DNA from: Candidatus Spongiisociaceae bacterium
Lineage (GTDB): Bacteria > Actinomycetota > Acidimicrobiia > Spongiisociales > Spongiisociaceae
DNA: 64,000 bases
Direction: 5' to 3'
Assembly: GCA_965262915.1 (NCBI GenBank)
Contig: OZ253564.1
Span: 928,001-992,000 of the forward strand
The translations under genes and the position numbers were made by a program. Position 1 is the first letter of the stretch. The number at the start of each line of letters is the position of its first letter. The notes under the pieces are model-generated. The model searched no databases. It saw nothing but the letters and a program-made list of their open reading frames with translations, and was not told the origin of the DNA. This document shows, one piece after another, positions 57,112-64,000 of this stretch.

Positions 57112-58344
57112 ATGGATCTAGATATCAACACCACCCAACCTGACCCTCCCCCCAGCCCACCCCTGCGCCTGCTTCTCCGGAGGAACTTCGGTCCCTACTT
57201 TGTCGGCAACCTGATGTCGAACATGGGTACCTGGATCCAGAACATCGCTCTGGCGCTCCTCATCTTCCGGCTCACCGGGTCGACCTTTCTGGTCGCAATG
57301 ACCACCTTCTCCCAGTTCCTCGGCCTGATCGTGCTCGCCCCGTGGACCGGTTCGGTCGCCGACCGCTTCGACCGGCGAAGATTGATCGTCCTGACACAGG
57401 TAGTGGCCTCGCTTTCCGGCGGAATCCTTGCCCTGGTTACCTACCTGGGGTTGGTGACCCCGGCGTGGTTGATAGGGACCGCCCTGCTCTTCAGCATCAC
57501 GAAGGCCTTCGTGCTCCCGGCGCAGCAGGCGCTGGTTACGCAATTGGTGGAGCGGAAGGACCTGCAGGCTGCGGTGGCTCTGAACTCGATCACTTTCAAT
57601 CTGGCGAGGGCCGTAGGACCGGTAATAGGTGCCGGGCTTATCCTGACCCTCGGTTTCACTTGGGCCTTCTCGATCAATGCGCTCTCCTACCTTGCTCTGG
57701 CCGGGGCGGTGATGGTCGTGAGGATCGAGAGCCCCGAAGCGGGCCGGTCGACGGAACGTACGAGTCTTCTCGAGACCATCCGGGTCGTCAGGAAGGATCC
57801 GCTGATCGGTCCCCTGCTGATTGCGGTGGCGGCGACCTCGATAGCGGTCGATCCCGTGAACAACTTGACTCCCGCATTCGCCGTCGAGATCTACGGGAAG
57901 CCAGACACCTTCACGGGTGTGCTCATAGGAATGTTCGGGTTGGGCGCCGCGCTTACTGCCGCCTTCGTAGTGACGAAGGTACGAGCTACCTTCCGCAGTA
58001 TCTCTCTCGGGATGGCCGGACTCGGCGTGGCTATCGTGACCTTCGGGATGTCCGGTCATCCGAATACGGGTATGGCCGCCCTGTTTGTCGGCGGGATCAT
58101 GTACATAGTCTCGGTAACCCTCTCGACCACCCTGGTGCAGATCAACACGGCCGAAGACCATCGCGGCCGCGTGATGGCCCTGTGGGGCGTAGCCTTCCTC
58201 GGGCTTCGGCCCCTGGCGAGCTTGGTCGATGGGTCCGTGGCCACCCTGGTGAACGTCAGGATGGCGGCGCTCGTAATGGCTGTACCCGTCCTACTGGGAG
58301 CGGCCTACCTGGCCCGACACAGCCGGCGGTCGAAGCGGACCTGA
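57112..58344 (+). CDS. MFS transporter (MFS_3/DUF894-like)
   Basis: SNMGTWIQ, ADRFDRRR, FNLARAVGP and RGRVMALW. Confidence 0.92.
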   Translation: MDLDINTTQPDPPPSPPLRLLLRRNFGPYFVGNLMSNMGTWIQNIALALLIFRLTGSTFLVAMTTFSQFLGLIVLAPWTGSVADRFDRRRLIVLTQVVASLSGGILALVTYLGLVTPAWLIGTALLFSITKAFVLPAQQALVTQLVERKDLQAAVALNSITFNLARAVGPVIGAGLILTLGFTWAFSINALSYLALAGAVMVVRIESPEAGRSTERTSLLETIRVVRKDPLIGPLLIAVAATSIAVDPVNNLTPAFAVEIYGKPDTFTGVLIGMFGLGAALTAAFVVTKVRATFRSISLGMAGLGVAIVTFGMSGHPNTGMAALFVGGIMYIVSVTLSTTLVQINTAEDHRGRVMALWGVAFLGLRPLASLVDGSVATLVNVRMAALVMAVPVLLGAAYLARHSRRSKRT

Positions 58345-58528
58345 CACCGGCGCCCTTCCGGAGCCTCTACGCTTCCGTGTGAATGGTGTCACCCCCGGAC
58401 GGCTTCTTCGAACGCGGCGCTCGGACCGCTTGGAATGACTCGCAGTGGCTCGTGTCCTATCCGGACATGGGCCGGGAACGGGCGAGGAGTGCCCAGTTTC
58501 CCTCTTCCCGACCTGCAGCCGGGCTTAG

Positions 58529-59878
58529 ATGATGGATGCTACCGGGTCGTCGGTGTTCTACCGGAGTCCGGGCGACGAGTACCCGTTGTTCGTCCGCGCC
58601 GAGGGCTGCCGCCTGTGGGATGCAACCGGGCACGAACTGGTCGACCTCACCAGCGGCGTCTCGGGTGCGGCGATCATCGGTCAGGGCCGCGAGGACATCG
58701 CGACAGCGATGGCAGAACAGGTCCGGCGCCTCTCCTACATGCACACGGTGGCCGGAACCACCGTCCCTCAAGAGCGCCTCGCCGAACGGCTGGCGGATCT
58801 CGCGCCCGACGGTGTTGACCGGGTCATGTTCAGTTCGGGTGGGAGCGAGGCCAACGAGGTCGCCTTGCGCATCGCCCGCCAGTACCACCTCGCCCGCGGC
58901 GAAGCCTCCCGATGGAAGGTTGCCAGCCTCGCGCCGAGTTACCACGGCGCCACCGCCGGGGCACTGTCGATGACCGGGCGGTGGGACATCAACCGCAGTT
59001 ACCAGCCATATCTCTTCAGGACCTCCAAGGTCCCCGCTCCGGTCACCTACCGGGGTCCGTACAGTGGTCTGGCGCCGGAGCAGGTCGCGAAGCGCGCCGC
59101 TGCCGCGCTGGACGCCGCCATCGAGAGCGAGGGACCCGATTCGGTCTCGGCGTTCATAGCCGAACCCATCGCCCTGTCGACCGGAATGGCGGTTCCCCCG
59201 GACGAATACTGGACCCTGGTCCGGGAAGTCTGCGACCGGCACGGGGTCCTGTTCATAGCCGACGAGGTGATAACCGGGATGTGGCGCACCGGTAGGTTCC
59301 TGGCCCTGGAACACACCGGGGTGGTAGCTGATATGACCACCATGGCCAAGGGGTTGGGAGCGGGCTATGCACCGCTGGGTGCCACCCTGATCAGCAGAAG
59401 CGTTGCCGACACCATCGCCGCCGAGAACCGCCGGATGGCCGAGGTCCACACCTACAGCGGCAGCGCCCAGTCCTGCGCGGTCGGGCTGGCCGTTCTCGAC
59501 GCCATCGAATCCGAGGGCTTGGTCGAGCAAGCCGGGAAGAAGGGTGATCTGCTGTCGGACCTGCTAGCAGACCGGATAGAGGATCTGCCGTGGGTGGGCG
59601 ATGTACGCGGGCGCGGTCTCTTGCGGGGAATCGAACTGGTGGCCGACAAGGTAGAGAGAGGTCCACTGCCTCCGGAGGCCGGAGTCACCCGATCCCTTCC
59701 GGACACCATGTGGCGGCGCGGTTTCCTATCCCGCACCCTGCACCACGGAAGCGCGCTCGTCGGTGATGTCGTCAGCGTCAATCCCGCTCTGACCATCGAC
59801 ATCGAGGACCTCGAGCGCGGTGTCGACTCTCTGCGTTCCTCGATCGTCGAACTCGGTACCGGATGGTTGAACCTGTAG
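58529..59878 (+). CDS. Class III PLP-dependent aminotransferase
   Basis: SGGSEANE, SYHGAT, FIADEVITG and MAKGLGAGY (PLP Lys). Confidence 0.93.
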   Translation: MMDATGSSVFYRSPGDEYPLFVRAEGCRLWDATGHELVDLTSGVSGAAIIGQGREDIATAMAEQVRRLSYMHTVAGTTVPQERLAERLADLAPDGVDRVMFSSGGSEANEVALRIARQYHLARGEASRWKVASLAPSYHGATAGALSMTGRWDINRSYQPYLFRTSKVPAPVTYRGPYSGLAPEQVAKRAAAALDAAIESEGPDSVSAFIAEPIALSTGMAVPPDEYWTLVREVCDRHGVLFIADEVITGMWRTGRFLALEHTGVVADMTTMAKGLGAGYAPLGATLISRSVADTIAAENRRMAEVHTYSGSAQSCAVGLAVLDAIESEGLVEQAGKKGDLLSDLLADRIEDLPWVGDVRGRGLLRGIELVADKVERGPLPPEAGVTRSLPDTMWRRGFLSRTLHHGSALVGDVVSVNPALTIDIEDLERGVDSLRSSIVELGTGWLNL

Positions 59879-59948
59879 CCGGGAACACCAAGCTGTATAG
59901 GTTTGGCCGCGGTCGATTCGTTTCAATATGCGATCTCGTAGCCCGGCC

Positions 59949-59969
59949 ATACCGTATCTGATACGGTAT
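59949..59969. promoter_or_regulatory. Perfect 10-1-10 palindrome, candidate operator
   Basis: ATACCGTATC-T-GATACGGTAT upstream of the ABC operon; ATACCGTAT also at 53647-53655. Confidence 0.6.
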
Positions 59970-60057
59970 TCCATAAGGTTTCGGCGGCGGGCCGCTCGGA
60001 CCCGCCTGATTGAATGGGAGGGCAGAGACGATGAGGTACCGGCCGGGGCAGGGGCGG

Positions 60058-61281
60058 ATGAGTATCGCCCGGAAGCTTCTAGTAGGTCTGTCTGTACTGC
60101 TCTTGGTGGCGGCCGCCTGCGGAGACAGCGAAACCTCGTCCGGCGGGGAGGCAACGTCGGCTGCCACGACCGCGGCGCCCGCGACAACAGCCGCGCCACA
60201 AACCACCGCGGCTCCAGAGACGACGGCCGCGCCGGAAGCTACGGCGGGTCCGGACACCACTGCCGCTCCCGATACGACGGCGGCCCCTGATACGACTGCC
60301 GCCCCGGACACTACGGCAACACCGGAGACCACGATGGCGCCACCGGAACGGGCCACGATCAGGATCGCCCTCGACTTCATACCCAACACCAACCACGCAG
60401 GTGTCTTCATCGCTCGATCCATGGGCCTGTTCGAACGCGAGAACCTGGATGTAGAGGTCATTCCGTGGGCGTTCACGGTCACGGGTGTCCTGGTAGAGGC
60501 AGGGGACGCGGACTTGGGCATAGCGTATCCACCCGACTTGCTGCGCGAGGTGGCGCTCGGTTCTTCGCTGAAGATCGTGGCGGCCATCATCCAGGAGAAC
60601 AACGTCGCTTTGGTGGTTCCTGCCGACTCTCCGTACCAGACGGCAGCCGACCTGGACGCTGCCGAGTCGTACGGTGGTTATGGCACTCCGCACGAGAGAC
60701 CCCTCGTAACTGAGATGCTCACGGCGGCCGGGGCTGCTACCCCCGGTGATTTCCAAGAGGTCGTACTTCAGGGTGGCGCAATCGAGGCCTTGATCGAGGA
60801 CAGGGTCGATTTCAGCGCGGTATTCCAAGGCTGGAGCGAGATCGCTGCCCGACTCGGTGGTACCGAACTCCGCCTCTTCCCCTATGTCGATTTCATTCCG
60901 GAGATCGTGTATCCGGATGTGGTCTTCATTGCTCGATCCGAGATGATCGAGCAGCAACCGGATGTTCTTGTGAGGGCTCTGAGAGCCTTGGGTGAGGCGT
61001 ACACCTTCGCTGCGGAGAACCCCGACCAGGCAACGGACATTCTCATCAGCGAGGTCACCGATCTGCAACAGAGCGAACCACTGGTGAGGGAGAGCGCCCA
61101 ATACCGGGCATCCCAATACCTCAACGCGGCCGGCGTCTGGGGTTGTGTCCAGACATCGCACTTTGCGGGTATCGGCGGTCTGCTGGAACGCTCGGGTGTC
61201 CTGGTGAACGAGGACGGTCAGGTAGTGACAGCACCGGAGTTCTCCGTGTATGCAACCAACGAACTCCTACCCGATTGCTGA
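60058..61281 (+). CDS. NMT1/ThiY-like ABC substrate-binding lipoprotein
   Basis: Lipobox VAAAC and LDFIPNTNHAG motif; YGGYG. Confidence 0.88.
   Translation: MSIARKLLVGLSVLLLVAAACGDSETSSGGEATSAATTAAPATTAAPQTTAAPETTAAPEATAGPDTTAAPDTTAAPDTTAAPDTTATPETTMAPPERATIRIALDFIPNTNHAGVFIARSMGLFERENLDVEVIPWAFTVTGVLVEAGDADLGIAYPPDLLREVALGSSLKIVAAIIQENNVALVVPADSPYQTAADLDAAESYGGYGTPHERPLVTEMLTAAGAATPGDFQEVVLQGGAIEALIEDRVDFSAVFQGWSEIAARLGGTELRLFPYVDFIPEIVYPDVVFIARSEMIEQQPDVLVRALRALGEAYTFAAENPDQATDILISEVTDLQQSEPLVRESAQYRASQYLNAAGVWGCVQTSHFAGIGGLLERSGVLVNEDGQVVTAPEFSVYATNELLPDC
60163..60342 (+). repeat. Ten imperfect 18-bp coding repeats (xTTAAP linker)
   Basis: ATTAAP ATTAAP QTTAAP ETTAAP EATAGP DTTAAP x3 DTTATP ETTMAP. 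Confidence 0.9.
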
Positions 61282-61318
61282 TCCTCCGATCGGGATAAGA
61301 CAACTCGAATCCGGTATC

Positions 61319-62209
61319 GTGGAACGCAGCCTGCAGACAGTTGATGGGGAGGACCTCCATCAGCAAGGAGTTGATCGGCTCTCCCCACCCGCTCGCCCTC
61401 GATCTGAGCCCGATATATCCGCGTCGCTGGATGCCAGGCCCTCTCTTGTGCGATTGGCCTGGCCTCCGCTTGTCACCGTGCTGCTCGTCCTTGCCGCATG
61501 GGAGATATTCGTCCGTTGGCAGGACATACGCCCGGCGGTCCTGCCGGCCCCCACCGATGTTCTCGATGCTATGTGGGACGACCACGTCAACCTGTGGGGT
61601 GCCACCTGGATAACCCTCCAGACGGTGTTCTTCGGGTTCGGATCCGCGCTGGTGCTGGCTATCGTCATAGGTGTTCTGGTCGACAGCTTCGGTTGGGTCA
61701 GGCGGAGCATCTATCCGGTCATCGTGGTGTCCCAGACCCTCCCAATAGTCGCTATCGCGCCTCTGGTCGTTATCTGGTTCGGTTTCGGGATATCGTCTCA
61801 CGCGTTCGTCGTCGCTATGTACACCTTCTTCCCGGTTGCTGTTTCCCTCGCTCAGGGACTGGCGTCTACGGACAAGGAAGCGATGAACCTGCTGCGCACG
61901 ATGGGCGCTGGCCGGATCCGCCTTCTGCTAAAGGTCCGGTTTCCCAGTGCCCTGTCGCAACTCTTCACGGGCATAAGAGTGTCGATGTCGTTCGCGGTGA
62001 CCGCGGCGGTCATCGCCCAGTTCGTCGGAGCGGTAGAAGGACTTGGGATCTACATGCTCACGATGAAGAACGCTCTGCGGACCGACCTCGTCTTCGGGGC
62101 GGTTACCGTCACTTCGGCAGTCACGCTTCTCCTGTTCGGAGGGGTCGTGTTCCTGCAGCGACTCGTGATGCCGTGGTACCGGCCCAAGACCCAGGGAGAC
62201 TCTCGATGA
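61319..62209 (+). CDS. ABC transporter permease (ThiX/SsuC-like)
   Basis: LPAP, SQTLPIVAIAPL, WFGFG and GLGIYM; start uncertain. Confidence 0.88.
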   Translation: MERSLQTVDGEDLHQQGVDRLSPPARPRSEPDISASLDARPSLVRLAWPPLVTVLLVLAAWEIFVRWQDIRPAVLPAPTDVLDAMWDDHVNLWGATWITLQTVFFGFGSALVLAIVIGVLVDSFGWVRRSIYPVIVVSQTLPIVAIAPLVVIWFGFGISSHAFVVAMYTFFPVAVSLAQGLASTDKEAMNLLRTMGAGRIRLLLKVRFPSALSQLFTGIRVSMSFAVTAAVIAQFVGAVEGLGIYMLTMKNALRTDLVFGAVTVTSAVTLLLFGGVVFLQRLVMPWYRPKTQGDSR

Positions 62210-63006
62210 CCATGGCGGAATCGAAGAGTGGTGGACAGGGAGGCATGACGATCAAGGGTCTGACCAAGACGTTCCGTCCCAAATCGGGTCCGGTCGTTGC
62301 CCTCGACGGTGTCGACATGGTGGTCGAGCCAGGGGAGTTCGTAACCCTGATCGGACCGAGCGGGTGCGGGAAGAGCACCCTCTTCAACATCGTTGCAGGC
62401 CTTGAGATGTTCGATTCCGGTCGGATCCGACTCGATGGTGCAACGAGCCACGATCGGCTGGGCGAGATCGCTTACATGTTCCAGAAGGACCTCCTATTCC
62501 CGTGGCGGACGGTCGTGGGGAACGCCATCCTCGGACTCGAGATGGACGGTCTCTCCCGTACGGAGGCCAGAAACCGGGTCGAACCGTATCTGGAGCGTTT
62601 TGGACTGGCCGACTTCGGCAGTGCCTACCCGGACCAGCTCTCGGGGGGTATGCGCCAACGCGTTGCCTTCCTGCGGACGATGGTCCAGGAGAGGTCCATA
62701 ATGCTGCTCGACGAGCCGTTCGGCGCGTTGGACAGCTACACGAGGACCAATCTGCAGCAGTGGCTGATGGGGGTATGGGAGGAGATCCGCACCACCGTGC
62801 TATTCGTAACCCACGACGTTGCCGAGGCCGTGTACCTGTCGGATCGGGTCTACGTGATGACCCCCCGCCCGGGCCGGATCCAGGCCGTGTACGACATCGA
62901 ACTATCCCGTCCACGCGAGAAGGGGATCGAGGTCACCGACGAGTTCCTCCAATTGGAGCGCACCCTGAAGGCCGAACTCCATCTGCATGGGACGGACGGC
63001 TCATGA
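62206..63006 (+). CDS. ABC transporter ATP-binding protein (ThiZ/SsuB-like)
   Basis: GPSGCGKS, YMFQKDLLFPW, LSGGMRQR and DEPFGALD; ATGA overlap. Confidence 0.93.
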   Translation: MTMAESKSGGQGGMTIKGLTKTFRPKSGPVVALDGVDMVVEPGEFVTLIGPSGCGKSTLFNIVAGLEMFDSGRIRLDGATSHDRLGEIAYMFQKDLLFPWRTVVGNAILGLEMDGLSRTEARNRVEPYLERFGLADFGSAYPDQLSGGMRQRVAFLRTMVQERSIMLLDEPFGALDSYTRTNLQQWLMGVWEEIRTTVLFVTHDVAEAVYLSDRVYVMTPRPGRIQAVYDIELSRPREKGIEVTDEFLQLERTLKAELHLHGTDGS

Positions 63007-64000
63007 CGGCCGAGGCGCTCCCGGATGCAGGTGATCCCAGCGGCAGCATCCTGATCCGGAACGCGACCATCGTGACCCTGAACCGGGACGGTGACATCTA
63101 CCACGACGGCTACATATTAGTTCGAGATGGTCGGATCGTGTCTGCCGGCCAAGGGTCGGCTCCCGATGTTGCCGTGGGTCGGACAGTCGACGCTTCGGGT
63201 CTGGTGGTGATGCCCGGTCTGGTGGACCTGCACTTCCACACCGATATCGAACGGGGTGGCTATTCCGAGTCCCTTGAGGTCGAGGAGGCTCTCTTCCAGC
63301 ACTGGTACCCGATGATGAGGAACCTGGATGCCGAGACGGCGTATGCGGGAGCCCTCCACAGCTATGTCCGGGCGCTGCGGGGTGGTACGACCACGGTGAA
63401 CGACATGTTCCGGCACGTGGAGTCGCTCGCCCGGGCCGCTAGAACCGTCGGGATCCGCGCCACCCTGAGCAGTCTGGTGGCGCGCCCCGAGGACGGGCTG
63501 GATGTGCTGGAGGACAATCTGGCCGCGTTCCATGCATGCGCCGAGCAGCCCGACGATCTTGTCCGGGTCGTGGTGGGGATCGAGTGGATCCCGCTGGCCA
63601 CCGCAGGAATGCTCAGGGAGGCGGCGAGGATGGCTACCGAGGTGGGCACCGGCTTGCACATCCACCTGAGCGAGTCTCAGCAAGAGGTCGAGACCTGCCG
63701 TCAGGTGTTCGGTGCCCGGCCGGTCAGGGTTGCCTACGACCATGGTCTTCTCGGACCGTCGACCGTGGCGGCACATTGTGTATGGCTGACCGATGAGGAC
63801 ATCTCCATGATCGCGGAGACCGGGACGCATGTGTCCCACAATCCGGCCGCCAACTCGAAGCTGGGAGAGGGGATCGCCCCGGCTCGGAGTCTCTTGGAAG
63901 CGGGCGTCAACGTCGGACTCGGGCATGACTCCACTGAGGGCAACAACACCATGGACATGTTCGACGTGATGCGGACTGCAGCCTATCTGCAACGGGCCCT
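63003..64000 (+). CDS. Metal-dependent deaminase-like amidohydrolase (AtzA/SsnA/MtaD family), runs off window end
   Basis: Not in the ORF track; manual translation gives MTAEAL...MPGLVDLHFH, GGTTTVND, HIHLSES, AAHCVW, HNPAANSKL and GLGHD; ATGA overlap. Confidence 0.9.
   Translation, partial: MTAEALPDAGDPSGSILIRNATIVTLNRDGDIYHDGYILVRDGRIVSAGQGSAPDVAVGRTVDASGLVVMPGLVDLHFHTDIERGGYSESLEVEEALFQHWYPMMRNLDAETAYAGALHSYVRALRGGTTTVNDMFRHVESLARAARTVGIRATLSSLVARPEDGLDVLEDNLAAFHACAEQPDDLVRVVVGIEWIPLATAGMLREAARMATEVGTGLHIHLSESQQEVETCRQVFGARPVRVAYDHGLLGPSTVAAHCVWLTDEDISMIAETGTHVSHNPAANSKLGEGIAPARSLLEAGVNVGLGHDSTEGNNTMDMFDVMRTAAYLQRA

Noticed and set aside
59879-60057. TPP riboswitch upstream of the ThiY-like gene
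   Set aside because: Conserved CUGAGA and ACCUG elements not found
60163-60342. CRISPR-like periodic repeats
   Set aside because: Degenerate 18-bp coding repeats with no spacers and no cas genes
63117-63992. 291-aa minus-strand ORF from the track
   Set aside because: Antisense to the amidohydrolase starting at 63003, which the track missed because its stop lies outside the window

Overview
GC-rich bacterial DNA. The LxxCG lipoproteins with Thr/Ala/Pro linkers suggest an actinobacterium, probably Acidimicrobiia (inference). The window is almost entirely accessory catabolism and transport: hydantoinase B, acetamidase, amidase, a nitrilase-like protein, three paralogous LLM flavin oxidoreductases, a CoxMSL-like molybdoenzyme, a cyclic amidohydrolase, M20/M24 peptidases, two SsuA/NMT1-type ABC systems, a sugar ABC system, a peptide ABC system and two MFS carriers. 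No rRNA, tRNA or CRISPR array was seen. A central decaying region (~20.6-36.2 kb) holds an integrase remnant, an IS630-derived MITE, several pseudogenes and deletion chimeras, an IS630 and an IS110. Best-supported highlight: the IS110 (34694-36182) has a readable bridge RNA whose four guide segments match its own flanks and ends, and its recombinase carries an extra C-terminal XRE-like HTH. Other notable items: a near-perfect 970-bp in-frame duplication giving a two-domain binding lipoprotein, a nitrilase with Gly in place of the catalytic Cys plus a GatC/AtzG-like tail, a permease with an insertion in its EAA loop, and recurrent GTATAC-core operator palindromes. All assignments come from motif recognition by eye; no searches were run.
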